64,000 nt of DNA from Bacteroidales bacterium (GCA_045600045.1 JAZRXD010000021.1:9121-73120); one strand, 5' to 3'; shown: positions 18,581 to 28,454, numbered from the stretch's first letter. Notes: generated by a model not told the origin, from the sequence alone. Program-made: numbers and translations.

Positions 18581-20248
18581 ATGAAAAAAGCGATTTTAAT
18601 TTTTAGTTTGTTTTTTGCTGTAATACAATCATTCTCTCAAGAGTATAAAGTATATAAGCATAATATTGATTTTAATTTTGGGGGCGGTTTGCATTCCGTT
18701 CAATTCGATCCAACCGAAGGGGGTGATCACAGAATGAGAATGGGTGGTACTTTCAATGCGCAATATCGTTATGCAATGGATGAAAATTGGAGTTTTGCCA
18801 TTGGTTTAGGTTTTACGACTTATTGCGGAAAGTCTAAATACGATTTATTGCAGGACAATATGTTATATACCGATCCCGAAAACGGCGAAGAATATCATTT
18901 TAAAGCGACTTTTACAGATTGGAATGAAATTCAACGTTCGTTTGATTTTGAAGTCCCAATCGCAGCATATTACCGTTATCCAATCAACCCAACGTGGAGC
19001 TTGGTTGGTGGCGCTGGTTTTAAATTGGATGTCCCTACAAGCAAAAAATTCAAAACTAAAAACGAAAGTTCCGGCGGAGAGTTAGTTCGTTCGGGTGAAT
19101 TCGAAAGTACCAATGTTGAATATAGCGATCTTCCTCAACATGGATTTTACGGTTCTGATGAGTATGAGGGCAAAGCAAAAATGAAAGGTGCTGGTATGTC
19201 GATGTTCGGTGAAGTTGGCGTTACTCGTCCTTTAAAAAACAATATGTCTTTGTACCTAGGAACGTATTTCAGTCATAGTTTGATAAATTCCTTGAAGGAG
19301 AGCGATAATCATTTGTACGATCCTGAAAACGAAAAATATTGCGGTGTCGTTTCTTCAGATTTGGTAAAGAAAACGCATTTGCTTGCTTTTGGTGTAAAAG
19401 CTGGTTTGAGTTTAGGATTCCCTCGCAATATTCTTCCTCCTATTGATACTGCCTTGTTGGCTGTAGAACGTTTGGCTGCTGAACAAGCCGAAGCAGAACG
19501 TCTTGCTGCCGAGAAAAAAGCAGAAGAGGAACGCTTGGCGGCAGAACAAGCAGAAGCAGAAAGATTGGCCGCCGAACAAGCAGAGGCAGAACGTCTTGCT
19601 GCCGAGAAGAAAGCTGAGGAGGAACGCTTAGCGGCAGAACAAGCAGAGTCAGATAGAATTGCTGCTGAAAAGAAAGCTGAAGAAGATAGATTGGCTGCCG
19701 AAAAAGCCGAAACAGAAAGAATCGCGGCTGAGAAGAAGGCCGAAGAGAAACGAATTGCTGCTGAAAAAGCTGAAGCAGAACGCCTTGCTGCCGAAAAGAA
19801 GGCCGAGGAAGAAAGAATCGCGGCAGAGAAGAAAGCCGAAGAAGAACGAATTGAGGCGGAAGCAGTTGCACAGGCCGAGGCTGCCGTTGAATGGATTAAT
19901 AAAAACCTTGTAGTAAACTTTGATCTTGGTAAGGCAAACATTCTGTCAAATGAAGAAATTGACGCGAAGATTCAATTTTTGATTGAGTTCTTGCAAAAAT
20001 ATCCTGAAAGAAAACTTCTTATAAAAGGTCATACGTGTGATTTAGGTAATCCTGCAACAAATGTTAAGTTGAGTAAACAACGTGCCGATGCAATGAAGAC
20101 AATTCTTGTTTTAAAAGGTTGTAATCCAAATAATATTGTGACAAAAGGTATGGGTTCCGCTGAACCTTTGGTTCCAAATACGAACGAAGAAAATCGTAAG
20201 AAGAATCGTCGTATCGAAATGCAGATTGAAAAAATCCTAAAGGAATAA
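18581..20248 (+). CDS. OmpA-family outer-membrane protein: N-terminal beta-barrel, central coiled coil, C-terminal OmpA peptidoglycan-binding domain
   Basis: Signal peptide [20 protein letters not shown]. The C-terminus, ...[28 protein letters not shown]...NRRIEMQI, is OmpA_C-like. Confidence 0.85.
   Translation: MKKAILIFSLFFAVIQSFSQEYKVYKHNIDFNFGGGLHSVQFDPTEGGDHRMRMGGTFNAQYRYAMDENWSFAIGLGFTTYCGKSKYDLLQDNMLYTDPENGEEYHFKATFTDWNEIQRSFDFEVPIAAYYRYPINPTWSLVGGAGFKLDVPTSKKFKTKNESSGGELVRSGEFESTNVEYSDLPQHGFYGSDEYEGKAKMKGAGMSMFGEVGVTRPLKNNMSLYLGTYFSHSLINSLKESDNHLYDPENEKYCGVVSSDLVKKTHLLAFGVKAGLSLGFPRNILPPIDTALLAVERLAAEQAEAERLAAEKKAEEERLAAEQAEAERLAAEQAEAERLAAEKKAEEERLAAEQAESDRIAAEKKAEEDRLAAEKAETERIAAEKKAEEKRIAAEKAEAERLAAEKKAEEERIAAEKKAEEERIEAEAVAQAEAAVEWINKNLVVNFDLGKANILSNEEIDAKIQFLIEFLQKYPERKLLIKGHTCDLGNPATNVKLSKQRADAMKTILVLKGCNPNNIVTKGMGSAEPLVPNTNEENRKKNRRIEMQIEKILKE
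19466..19866 (+). repeat. ~12 tandem 30/33-bp coding repeats ([10 protein letters not shown] / [11 protein letters not shown])
   Basis: Alternating 10- and 11-residue units give a 21-residue (3-heptad) periodicity. Both antisense ORFs here are repeat artefacts. Confidence 0.85.
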
Positions 20249-20302
20249 GATTCAGGATTTAAGAAACTTGAAAAAGTAGGAAAATAGTTTGTTGATTAGA
20301 AA

Positions 20303-20338
20303 TAAAAAAACCTTGAAAGTTACTTTCAAGGTTTTTTG
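20303..20338. terminator. bidirectional terminator between convergent genes
   Basis: aaaaaaaa-ccttgaaag-tta-ctttcaagg-tttttt: a perfect 9-bp stem flanked by an A-run and a T-run. Confidence 0.75.
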
Positions 20339-20359
20339 TTGTGGTAGGTAAGGGTTAGA

Positions 20360-21844
20360 TTACCATTTTGTGTTTCTCATATCGCCGGAATTCAAGAATT
20401 CCATGTGCATTGCAAATGCTTTGTCAAGCTTGTGCATTGTGTGCGATGGTTTTGTGGAAAGTTTCAAGTAATCCCACAACAATTCTTTATAATCTGGATG
20501 TGCAACTTTCTCAATGATTTCTTTTGCTTTGTCCATTGGCGATTTAGCACGAAGGTCGGCAACACCATATTCCGAAACAATCACTTTTAAATCGTGTTCA
20601 GAGTGGTCTTGGTGAGTTACCATTGGAACAATAGAACTTACCATTCCGCCTTTTGCTGTAGAAGGTGTCGTACAAATTGACAAATAAGCATTTCTTAAGA
20701 AATCGCCCGAACCGCCAATTCCGTTCATCATTTTGGTTCCGTAGAAATGGCTTGAGTTCATGTTACCGAAAATATCGCATTCAATAGCTGTGTTGATTGC
20801 GATTAATCCTATTCGACGAACAACTTCGGGGCTGTTTGAAATTTCTTGTGGACGAAGAACAATGTGTTGACGGAAGAAATCCAAATCTCCCATAACTTTG
20901 TCCATTGCTTCTTTGCTGCAAGTTAAGGAACTACCGCTGGCAAATTTAATTTGTCCTTCCTGCAACAATCCAATCACAGAATCTTGGATAACTTCGGTGT
21001 ACATTTCAAATGCTGGAATGTCTTTACTTTCGCCAATTCCGTGTAATACTGCGTTTGCAATATTTCCAACTCCCGATTGAATAGGAAGGAATGTGCTTGG
21101 AATTCTTCCAACTTTAATTTCGTTGGCAAGGAAATTGGCAACGTTTTCGCCAATCTTGATGGTTGTGTCGTCTAATTCCGTAAATCCTTTAATTTCATCG
21201 TCGAAGAACGTTTCAATTACACCAATGATTTTACTTGGGTCAACCTTTAGGACAGGATCTCCAATGCGGTCGCTTGGTTTGTAAACAGGAATTTCTTTTC
21301 TGTATGGTGGATCGTTTGGAATGTAGATGTCGTGAAGACCGCGCATTTCTTTTGGACGATTTGCGTTGTGTTCCAAGATGATTTTGTCGGCCAATTTTGC
21401 AAATGTTGGAACGTTACCAACAGCTGTTGTCAAAACAAGATTTCCTTGTTCGTCGTAATCGCAAACTTCAATAACTGCTACATCAACTTTTCCGAAATAT
21501 CCGTAACGGATGTCTTGTGCCAATTGCGACAAGTGGTAGTCGCAGTAGCGTATTTTTTGCTCGTTGATTGCTGCGCGTGAATCTTTGTTTGTTTGATACG
21601 GAGAACGAAGGTCCGTTGCATTGGCTCTTGCAAGAACTCCATCAAGCGATTCGCCTGTTGATGCTCCTGTAAACAAATTGATTTTAAATGGTTTTCCTGC
21701 AGCGTGTTCTGCTTCTGCTTTTTTTGCAATTGCAGTTCCAATTGCTTTAGGAACACCAACAGCGGTAAAACCACTTACACCGATACTAAACCCATTCTCG
21801 ATGTATGATGCTGCCTCGTCGGCAGTAATTACTGGAATACTCAT
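20360..21844 (-). CDS. acetyl-CoA hydrolase/transferase family protein (succinate/acetate CoA-transferase, Cat1/ScpC-like)
   Basis: MSIPVITADEAASYIENGFSIGVSGFT...FTGASTGESLDGVLARA...HLSQLAQDIRYGYFGKVDVAVIE, typical of this family in anaerobic Bacteroidales. Confidence 0.85.
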   Translation of the reverse strand: MSIPVITADEAASYIENGFSIGVSGFTAVGVPKAIGTAIAKKAEAEHAAGKPFKINLFTGASTGESLDGVLARANATDLRSPYQTNKDSRAAINEQKIRYCDYHLSQLAQDIRYGYFGKVDVAVIEVCDYDEQGNLVLTTAVGNVPTFAKLADKIILEHNANRPKEMRGLHDIYIPNDPPYRKEIPVYKPSDRIGDPVLKVDPSKIIGVIETFFDDEIKGFTELDDTTIKIGENVANFLANEIKVGRIPSTFLPIQSGVGNIANAVLHGIGESKDIPAFEMYTEVIQDSVIGLLQEGQIKFASGSSLTCSKEAMDKVMGDLDFFRQHIVLRPQEISNSPEVVRRIGLIAINTAIECDIFGNMNSSHFYGTKMMNGIGGSGDFLRNAYLSICTTPSTAKGGMVSSIVPMVTHQDHSEHDLKVIVSEYGVADLRAKSPMDKAKEIIEKVAHPDYKELLWDYLKLSTKPSHTMHKLDKAFAMHMEFLNSGDMRNTKW

Positions 21845-21874
21845 TTTAGATTACCATTTATTGTTTGTCGGCTG

Positions 21875-21882
21875 CAAAAATA
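21875..21882 (-). promoter_or_regulatory. -7 promoter box (TATTTTTG) for the CoA-transferase gene
   Basis: Exact TAnnTTTG match, 31 nt upstream of the ATG at 21844. Confidence 0.45.
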
Positions 21883-21919
21883 CAATTTTGTTGTAATATA
21901 GTAGACTCAAAATCTTGAA

Positions 21920-22651
21920 TTATTCTTCTTTTCGATTTACATCAACCAATGGTCCCATGATGTTTTTTGCTGGTTTATACCTGTTATCAATTGGCTTGTC
22001 TGTCGCAAAACGGTGACAATCTTCAGGAGTAGTGGCGAATTCTTGAAGACTATTTAATGTTGTGTCTATTATGTATCTCCACTCTTCAAAAGTTCCTTCT
22101 GCTTTTTCTTTAAACATGGATATAGCGTATGAATATAAAAAATCATGATAAACTTTGTCGCCAATGGAAACCGCGGTCATTGTAAACATTGAATAAAAAT
22201 TCACCCATGTGTCGACATCAACTTGATCTCTCAAATTGAATAGTTCTTTTCTGATAAATCTTGCTTCTAGTTCTCTCAGGTCAAAGAGATTTTGTAAAGT
22301 TATATAAGTTGCGGAATCGTTGTTTAATATGAATGACCCCTCTTTTTGAAAAACGGGTGCGACATGTAATACATCGGGAATACAACTTTTTTTTTGTTTT
22401 TTCTTTGGAACATCTACTGTGAACCACAAATTTGTTTTTGCATCGCCTTGCACACCAGCCTCGTTCATAATTTTTAGTATTGTAGAATCTTTTGTCATAT
22501 CATGTTGGAAATCATCAAAAGTGAGTTTTCTGTCCGCCTGCCAAAAAATGTGCGTTTCGGTTTCCGTAATATACTGAGCTGTATCTTGCGCTGATACGAT
22601 TGAACATAATTTGACACATATCAAACAGAATGCGAGAAGTATTTTTTTCAT
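21920..22651 (-). CDS. hypothetical secreted protein (243 aa)
   Basis: Signal peptide MKKILLAFCLICVKLCSIVSAQ. It is the last gene of the tightly packed porQ-cmk-ispH operon. No recognisable family. Confidence 0.65.
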   Translation of the reverse strand: MKKILLAFCLICVKLCSIVSAQDTAQYITETETHIFWQADRKLTFDDFQHDMTKDSTILKIMNEAGVQGDAKTNLWFTVDVPKKKQKKSCIPDVLHVAPVFQKEGSFILNNDSATYITLQNLFDLRELEARFIRKELFNLRDQVDVDTWVNFYSMFTMTAVSIGDKVYHDFLYSYAISMFKEKAEGTFEEWRYIIDTTLNSLQEFATTPEDCHRFATDKPIDNRYKPAKNIMGPLVDVNRKEE

Positions 22652-22652
22652 G

Positions 22653-23069
22653 CTAGTAAATAGAGATTTTTCGTTCCAATTTCGGAGTTAATTCAATCAT
22701 CAAATAGTTGATGGAGTCGGTTGTGGGAATATGCCCAACTTCAGTTGCTTCATCGCCAATATGTATCGTGATAGCTTTTGTTGAATCAAAGTGCCAGTTG
22801 TGTTCGAAAATAGTTTTGCCTGGAGGTAGTGGCGCTTCAAACAAAATCACATCGCCAACATTTATTTTGCATGATTGTGTGTCGGCTTGGTTTTCTATTT
22901 CGCAATGCAAAATATGCGTTTGTTTGGCTTTTTGCTTTTGTGCTTGGATAAAAAGATTTTGTGTGCCAAATATGGCTGTAACTAAAACACAGACAAATCC
23001 AATTGAAATAATAAAGAAATTTCTGTTTGTCCTTTTTTTATTACGATCACGGAATGATTGAGAATGCAT
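22653..23069 (-). CDS. hypothetical membrane-anchored protein (138 aa)
   Basis: Basic N-terminus followed by one TM helix (FFIISIGFVCVLVTAIFG). There are 1-nt gaps to both neighbouring genes. Confidence 0.6.
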   Translation of the reverse strand: MHSQSFRDRNKKRTNRNFFIISIGFVCVLVTAIFGTQNLFIQAQKQKAKQTHILHCEIENQADTQSCKINVGDVILFEAPLPPGKTIFEHNWHFDSTKAITIHIGDEATEVGHIPTTDSINYLMIELTPKLERKISIY

Positions 23070-23070
23070 G

Positions 23071-23964
23071 TTATATCTTATTGATTGATAATATTTTATT
23101 CGCTATTTCTTCCATTAACCATTTAGGCGTTGAAGTTGCTCCGCAAATTCCTACTGTTTTGTTTTTAGAAAAATCTATTTCATTCAAATCTTCCAAATTT
23201 GAAACAAAATAAGTGTTTTCGTTGATTTGCTTGCAAATATTGAAAAGAACTTTTCCATTTGAGCTTTTCTTTCCGCTCACGAAAATCACAATATCGAAAT
23301 TTTGGGCGAATTTTTTCAAATCGCTTTCTCTGTTCGCTACACGACGGCAAATCGTGTCGTGACAAGTGAAATCCTCGTTTCCAACAAGTTTCGCTTTGTT
23401 TGCTATTTCGTCTTGAATGATTTTCAAGTCGTGGATGTTTTGCGTTGTTTGAGAGAAAAGTGCAGTTGGACGAGAAAAATCTATTTCGTTCAAATCTTCC
23501 AATTTGTTGATTACCAACGCTTCGTTATCGGTTTGTCCTAAAAGTCCTACAACTTCGGCGTGTCCTGGCTTCCCGAACAAAAGAATTTGTCCGTTTTTCT
23601 TTTTGATTTCTTTATAAGAAGCTTTGATTTTTTTCTGCAAAGCTAACACAACAGGGCAGGTTGCATCGATAATAGTTATGTTGTTTTGCTTCGCAATTTC
23701 GTATGTCTCAGGAGGTTCACCATGGGCACGTAAAAGCACCGTGCAGTTTTTCAATTCTTTGAATTGCTCGTATGTTATTGTTATGAGGCCTTTTGCGTTT
23801 AATCTGGCAACTTCGGCACCATTGTGAACAATGTCACCTAAACAATACAATGTTTTTTGACTTTCTAAGGCTTTTTCTGCTTGTTGTATTGCATTAATTA
23901 CACCAAAGCAAAATCCTGATTTAGAGTCGATTTCTACTATCGTTTTATTTTGCTCAGTATCCAT
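23071..23964 (-). CDS. ispH: 4-hydroxy-3-methylbut-2-enyl diphosphate reductase
   Basis: GFCFGV...LGDIVHN...ATCPVV motifs of IspH/LytB. Confidence 0.9.
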   Translation of the reverse strand: MDTEQNKTIVEIDSKSGFCFGVINAIQQAEKALESQKTLYCLGDIVHNGAEVARLNAKGLITITYEQFKELKNCTVLLRAHGEPPETYEIAKQNNITIIDATCPVVLALQKKIKASYKEIKKKNGQILLFGKPGHAEVVGLLGQTDNEALVINKLEDLNEIDFSRPTALFSQTTQNIHDLKIIQDEIANKAKLVGNEDFTCHDTICRRVANRESDLKKFAQNFDIVIFVSGKKSSNGKVLFNICKQINENTYFVSNLEDLNEIDFSKNKTVGICGATSTPKWLMEEIANKILSINKI

Positions 23965-24605
23965 TCCAATTGTCCTTCGCGTGTCATATTGCTCGTATCA
24001 ACCAAAATTGCGTCATCGGCTTGTTTTAGTGGGCTTTCTTTTCGTGTGGAATCTATTAAATCTCGTTGTTTCAAGTTTTCGAGAATTTCCTCGAAATTTG
24101 CTTTCCCTTCTTTTTGCATCAATTCGTCGTAGCGACGTTTTGCTCGGATTTCGGGCGAAGCCGTTACAAAAAATTTATAGTCGGCATTCGGGAAAACCAC
24201 TGTTCCTATATCTCGTCCATCCATTACCACACTTGCGTTTTTGCCATAATCTTGCTGTTTTACGAGAAGATATTTTCGTACAAAACCAATTTGACTGACT
24301 TTGCTCACATCGTGTGCGACTTCCATACTGCGGATTTGTTTCTCGACGTTTTCGCCATTCAAATATGTGTCTTGTTGGTTCGTGCTTGCATTTGGAGCAA
24401 ACGAAATTTCTATTTCGTGAATGTGTTTTTGCAATTTTTCATCGTCAACTTCGCCGTTTGCGATGAATTTGTTTTGTTGACAAAAAAATGTGACTGCGCG
24501 ATACATTGCGCCGGTATCGACATATGTGAATTTTAGTTCTTTTGCGAGAGCTTTCGCAATAGTGCTTTTGCCACACGAAGAATGTCCGTCAATTGCTATA
24601 ATCAT
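23937..24605 (-). CDS. cmk: (d)CMP kinase
   Basis: MIIAIDGHSSCGKSTIAKALAKELKFTYVDTGAMYRAVT. Confidence 0.9.
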   Translation of the reverse strand: MIIAIDGHSSCGKSTIAKALAKELKFTYVDTGAMYRAVTFFCQQNKFIANGEVDDEKLQKHIHEIEISFAPNASTNQQDTYLNGENVEKQIRSMEVAHDVSKVSQIGFVRKYLLVKQQDYGKNASVVMDGRDIGTVVFPNADYKFFVTASPEIRAKRRYDELMQKEGKANFEEILENLKQRDLIDSTRKESPLKQADDAILVDTSNMTREGQLEWILSKIKR

Positions 24606-25675
24606 AATTCAGTGTCTTTGTTCTTTTGAAAGTTTGTTTTACAAGCCGAATAAATTGTTTCGGCATTGAATTTAAGCGTGAAGAAATTCCGTCCGCCCGC
24701 TGCTTGTTGTTTTGCCCATCCGTACGAAATGCTGAAACGTGACAGATTTAGTGCTACTCCTGCACTTAATCCTGCGCCGTATTTTGTGTTGCCGAATGAT
24801 AATTCTTGTGATTTGCGATAGTTGTATCCGCCCATAACGACGATGTTTTTGCCAAGTAGAATTTCAGCGGAAATGTTCACGTGTTTCAGAAGTTTCTTGC
24901 CAAAATCCACGAATTTCCGTTCCTCATCGTCATTATAGAAGTCGTTGTTTGTTACTTTTTGGTTTTCGGTGTACGACAAATCGAATTTCTGCAAATCTTC
25001 ATAAGTTATATTAAAACGGATTGGCGCATGTTCCAATTTTTGGGAATAACCTAAGTCTATACTGTAAGGAATTGGTTCTCGGTTGCCTTCGACGTAATGT
25101 TTAAGTTGCCAACCAAAATTTCGTGTAGTAATTGAAAAACAATTTTTTTCGGTTTTGTATGAAATTCCTAAATCAAACAAAAGACCGTATGAAGAGTAGC
25201 TTTCCATATAAGAAAGTATCGGCTTCAGGTTCGCCCCGATAAATAAATTTTCGCGAATGGGATACGAAGCTCCACAAATCAATTCATATTCTTGAGGGAA
25301 AAAGTTGGCAATTTTGTTACCGTCTTCGTCGTAGCCGCTAAAACTTCCGTAATTTATAAAATTGATTCCGCCGGCAAGTGTTATGTCGTGCGAAATTGCG
25401 TGGGCGTATCCAATTGTGCCAAGACCAATCCCGGTTTCTTTCATGTGAAGCAGGCCCCAGTTTCCGCTTATTTCATTTGTGTACGAAGAGTCTAATAATG
25501 AAGGATTTTTCAAAGCGAAAGGAAGATCTTTCACAACAGTTGTTACAACATTTCCGCCAAACGCATTTTCTCTTGCGGAATAGGGCAGCGAAACAAACTC
25601 AAATGTCGAATTTCCGCCGATTTGCGCGCAAACGGTTAGGGGAAATAATACGACACAAAAAAGAATTTTTTTCAT
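24602..25675 (-). CDS. porQ: outer-membrane beta-barrel protein, probable T9SS component PorQ
   Basis: Signal peptide followed by GGNSTFEFVSLPYSARENAFGG. The porQ-cmk-ispH order matches what I recall for Porphyromonas. The assignment is from memory, not from a search. Confidence 0.55.
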   Translation of the reverse strand: MKKILFCVVLFPLTVCAQIGGNSTFEFVSLPYSARENAFGGNVVTTVVKDLPFALKNPSLLDSSYTNEISGNWGLLHMKETGIGLGTIGYAHAISHDITLAGGINFINYGSFSGYDEDGNKIANFFPQEYELICGASYPIRENLFIGANLKPILSYMESYSSYGLLFDLGISYKTEKNCFSITTRNFGWQLKHYVEGNREPIPYSIDLGYSQKLEHAPIRFNITYEDLQKFDLSYTENQKVTNNDFYNDDEERKFVDFGKKLLKHVNISAEILLGKNIVVMGGYNYRKSQELSFGNTKYGAGLSAGVALNLSRFSISYGWAKQQAAGGRNFFTLKFNAETIYSACKTNFQKNKDTEL

Positions 25676-25723
25676 TGCTTAACTATTGATACAAAGAAAA
25701 CGATTTTTTGTGGATTTATTGCA

Positions 25724-25756
25724 TAAAAAAAGAGGATGACTAAAAAATCATCCTCT
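25724..25756 (-). terminator. rho-independent terminator downstream of tRNA-Phe
   Basis: agaggatga / tcatcctct stem followed by a T-run on the minus strand. Confidence 0.7.
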
Positions 25757-25760
25757 TTCG

Positions 25761-25833
25761 TGGAGAGGGGCGGGATCGAACCGCCGACGCCAGGATTTTC
25801 AGTCCTGTGCTCTACCGACTGAGCTACCACTCC
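25761..25833 (-). tRNA. tRNA-Phe (anticodon GAA)
   Basis: Reverse complement: GGAGTGGTAGCTCAGTCGGTAGAGCACAGGACTGAAAATCCTGGCGTCGGCGGTTCGATCCCGCCCCTCTCCA. It folds as a cloverleaf with anticodon loop CTGAAAA. There is one U5-U68 acceptor mismatch, and CCA is not encoded. Confidence 0.9.
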
Positions 25834-25927
25834 GAATTGGTGAGGCAAAAGTAATGATATTTTTCAATTCTCAAAATAAAACAACGCTTTTTTTGTTTTT
25901 TCGGGCAAAAATCATTGCCTGGAATTC

Positions 25928-26515
25928 TTATTTTGAGTTGATTACGCTTATGATTGAAGGAAATGTATTGGCGAAAACTTTTGAGAAATCTTTTTTTGTA
26001 AGCCATTGTAATTCCGTGATTTGTTCTTCGGTTTGCGGCTTGCTGTCTTGATTTTTTGTCGCTGTCATATCGTACCAATATGTTTGTTTTAGAACTTGTT
26101 CGCCACGTAGTTCGTATGTGTGCCAAGTTGAACAACGATATTGTTTCATTGTTACATTTTGCAATCCGGTTTCTTCTTGAACTTCGCGAATTGCTGCGAT
26201 TTCTGGTGTTTCTCCTGCTTCAAGTTTTCCTTTAGGTAAATCCCACTTTTCTCTTCTAAATATGAATAGATACTCATCAAATTCATTGTGAATAAATCCA
26301 CCGGCAGCTTCGATGTATTTAAAGTTTGCCTTGAACTGATTGAGCAGACTTTGAAAATTTTCGTGGTAAAGAATCGCATTGTTTTGATTTTTTAGGGAAT
26401 CAATAGCGAATTGAATGCTGGAGTTGTTTTTAAAAGCAATTGCTTTTTGGCTTAAAACAGATTTGTCGTCGGTTAGGACAATGCTTTTTTCGTCAAAATA
26501 AATAGTTAGTTCCAT
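25928..26515 (-). CDS. NUDIX hydrolase
   Basis: Nudix box GKLEAGETPEIAAIREVQEETG. The ATG at 26515 (MELTIYF...) is preferred over the GTG at 26533. Confidence 0.8.
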   Translation of the reverse strand: MELTIYFDEKSIVLTDDKSVLSQKAIAFKNNSSIQFAIDSLKNQNNAILYHENFQSLLNQFKANFKYIEAAGGFIHNEFDEYLFIFRREKWDLPKGKLEAGETPEIAAIREVQEETGLQNVTMKQYRCSTWHTYELRGEQVLKQTYWYDMTATKNQDSKPQTEEQITELQWLTKKDFSKVFANTFPSIISVINSK

Positions 26516-26605
26516 AGTTTTAATTTGATGCACAATAATAAAAAAGAATTCTCAATATTAAACTGATAAGTGTGGTTTTCTCTGTATAATGGATTGACAA
26601 TTTGT

Positions 26606-26613
26606 TACTTTTG
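26606..26613 (+). promoter_or_regulatory. -7 promoter box (TACTTTTG) for azlCD
   Basis: Exact match only 6 nt before the ATG, which implies a leaderless or very short leader mRNA. Confidence 0.35.
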
Positions 26614-26618
26614 CATCA

Positions 26619-27344
26619 ATGAAAAACAATAAAATACGAAAGGCTTTTTTTGAAGGTGTTCGCGATGGTTTTCCTATCGGAATGGGATATTTCGCGGTTG
26701 CCTTTTCTTTGGGAATCGTGGCCCAATCTGCTGGATTGAACGCATTGCAGGGCTTTTTGGCAAGTCTTTTCAATGTGGCGTCGGCTGGCGAATATGCGTT
26801 GTTCACTTCGATTCGTGAAGGTGCAACGTATGTTGGCGTGGCAATAGCAACGTTTATTATTAATGCTCGTTACATGTTGATGAGTTGCTCTTTGAGTCAA
26901 AAATTTTCTCCATCTACGAGTTTTTTTCATCGATTTTTAGTTGGATTTGGAATAACCGACGAAATCTTCGGCATTTCCATTGCTCGTCATGGTCGTTTGA
27001 TACCTGCATATAATTACGGAGCAATGACAATCGCTATTCCGCTTTGGGCAATTGGAACATCGCTCGGGATTTATGCCGGCGATTTGCTTCCTGTCCGTGT
27101 CGTAAGTGCCTTCTCTGTCGCTTTGTATGGAATGTTTATCGCAATAATTATTCCTCCGGCAAAACATGACAGGATTATTTTTTATGCGATATTGGCAAGT
27201 TTTCTATTGAGTCTGCTTTGTGCTAAAGTCCCCTATATTCGCAATTTGTCGTCGGGGACAAGAATTATAGTGTTGACAATCGTTATTTCTGCAGTTGTGG
27301 CACTGATTGCTCCGATAAGGGAAGAACGATTTGAAAAAAAATGA
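26619..27344 (+). CDS. azlC: AzlC-family branched-chain amino acid exporter subunit
   Basis: FFEGVRDGFPIGMGYFAVAFSLGI...NARYMLMS, with multiple TM segments. Confidence 0.8.
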   Translation: MKNNKIRKAFFEGVRDGFPIGMGYFAVAFSLGIVAQSAGLNALQGFLASLFNVASAGEYALFTSIREGATYVGVAIATFIINARYMLMSCSLSQKFSPSTSFFHRFLVGFGITDEIFGISIARHGRLIPAYNYGAMTIAIPLWAIGTSLGIYAGDLLPVRVVSAFSVALYGMFIAIIIPPAKHDRIIFYAILASFLLSLLCAKVPYIRNLSSGTRIIVLTIVISAVVALIAPIREERFEKK

Positions 27345-27658
27345 GTATGCAGGGTAATGTTTACATATACATTTTTGTCGCCGCATTTGTGACGTATCTC
27401 ATTCGTGTTCTACCTCTTACGTTGATTCGAAAACCGATACGGAATCAATTTATAAAATCTTTTTTGTATTATGTTCCGTATGTTACTTTGGCTGTTATGA
27501 CGTTTCCTGCTATTGTTGAAACTACACAGTCGCCACTTGCTGGATGTGCGGCGTTAATCGTAGGAATTGTTGCTTCTTGGCTTGGAGCAGGCTTGTTTCC
27601 TGTGGCTTGTATTTGTTGTGCTATTGTGTTCATAATAGAGTTACTTTTGGGACTTTAA
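27341..27658 (+). CDS. azlD: AzlD-family small membrane protein
   Basis: 105-aa polytopic protein that overlaps the azlC stop by 4 nt. Confidence 0.7.
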   Translation: MSMQGNVYIYIFVAAFVTYLIRVLPLTLIRKPIRNQFIKSFLYYVPYVTLAVMTFPAIVETTQSPLAGCAALIVGIVASWLGAGLFPVACICCAIVFIIELLLGL

Positions 27659-27789
27659 AATATCAACGGAATTTGTTGGTGCAAAATATTTTATAGTGAT
27701 TATTTAACCGTTTGATTTAATAGAGCTTTTTTGTTGAAAAATCGTTAGTTTTCGATTGCCAAAATACAGGCTCGGAATTTGATTTTTGG

Positions 27790-27797
27790 TATCTTTG
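27790..27797 (+). promoter_or_regulatory. -7 promoter box (TATCTTTG) for pyrE
   Basis: Exact TAnnTTTG match 13 nt upstream of the ATG at 27810. It lies inside the longer TTG-started track ORF, which argues for the shorter start. Confidence 0.45.
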
Positions 27798-27809
27798 CTA
27801 AAAATTTTT

Positions 27810-28451
27810 ATGACTATGACGACAAACGTTGAAAGTACGATTATTGAAAATTTATTGCAAATAAAGGCAATAAAACTTCAGCCAGAAAACCCTTTTACTT
27901 GGGCTAGCGGCTGGAAATCTCCAATTTATTGCGATAATAGAAAAACTCTTTCATATCCGGCTGTTCGTGAATGTTTGAAACAAGCTTTTGCGGCAAAAGT
28001 TAAGGCTATGTATCCTGATGTAGAGGTGATTGCGGGAGTTGCTACTGGAGCGATTGCGGTTGGTGTTTTGGCTGCCGAAGCTTTAAATTTGCCATTCATC
28101 TATGTTCGTTCGGCTTCGAAAGACCATGGTCTAGGAAACCAAATCGAAGGCTATTACGAAGAAGGTCAAAAAGTTGTGGTGATTGAAGATTTGATTTCGA
28201 CAGGTGGAAGTAGTTTGAAAGCCGTTGAGGCACTTCGTGAAGCAAAAGTGAATGTCCTTGGAATGTTGGCGATTTTTACTTATCAATTCAATGTCTCTGT
28301 TGACGCGTTTGCAAAAGCAAACTGTAAAGTTGATACGTTGACGAATTACACTGCGTTAATTGAACTTGCTACAGAAAGAAATTATATCACGCCAGCACAA
28401 ATGGAGAGTTTGAAAGAATGGCGTCAACATCCTGATACTTGGGGAAAATAA
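27810..28451 (+). CDS. pyrE: orotate phosphoribosyltransferase
   Basis: FTWASGWKSPIYCDNR...VVVIEDLISTGGSS (PRPP-binding motif). Confidence 0.9.
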   Translation: MTMTTNVESTIIENLLQIKAIKLQPENPFTWASGWKSPIYCDNRKTLSYPAVRECLKQAFAAKVKAMYPDVEVIAGVATGAIAVGVLAAEALNLPFIYVRSASKDHGLGNQIEGYYEEGQKVVVIEDLISTGGSSLKAVEALREAKVNVLGMLAIFTYQFNVSVDAFAKANCKVDTLTNYTALIELATERNYITPAQMESLKEWRQHPDTWGK

Positions 28452-28454
28452 GCT

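Noticed and set aside
19309-19941. 210-aa and 143-aa antisense ORFs and an 84-aa sense-shifted ORF in the OmpA gene
   Set aside because: They are artefacts of the GAA/GCN-rich 30/33-bp repeats. The translations are repetitive (SSAFFSAA...) with no start context.
25761-25833. tRNA-Phe as an integration hotspot for a mobile element
   Set aside because: Its neighbours are conserved housekeeping genes (porQ operon, NUDIX). No integrase or partial tRNA duplicate was seen, and the accessory island is 8.5 kb away.
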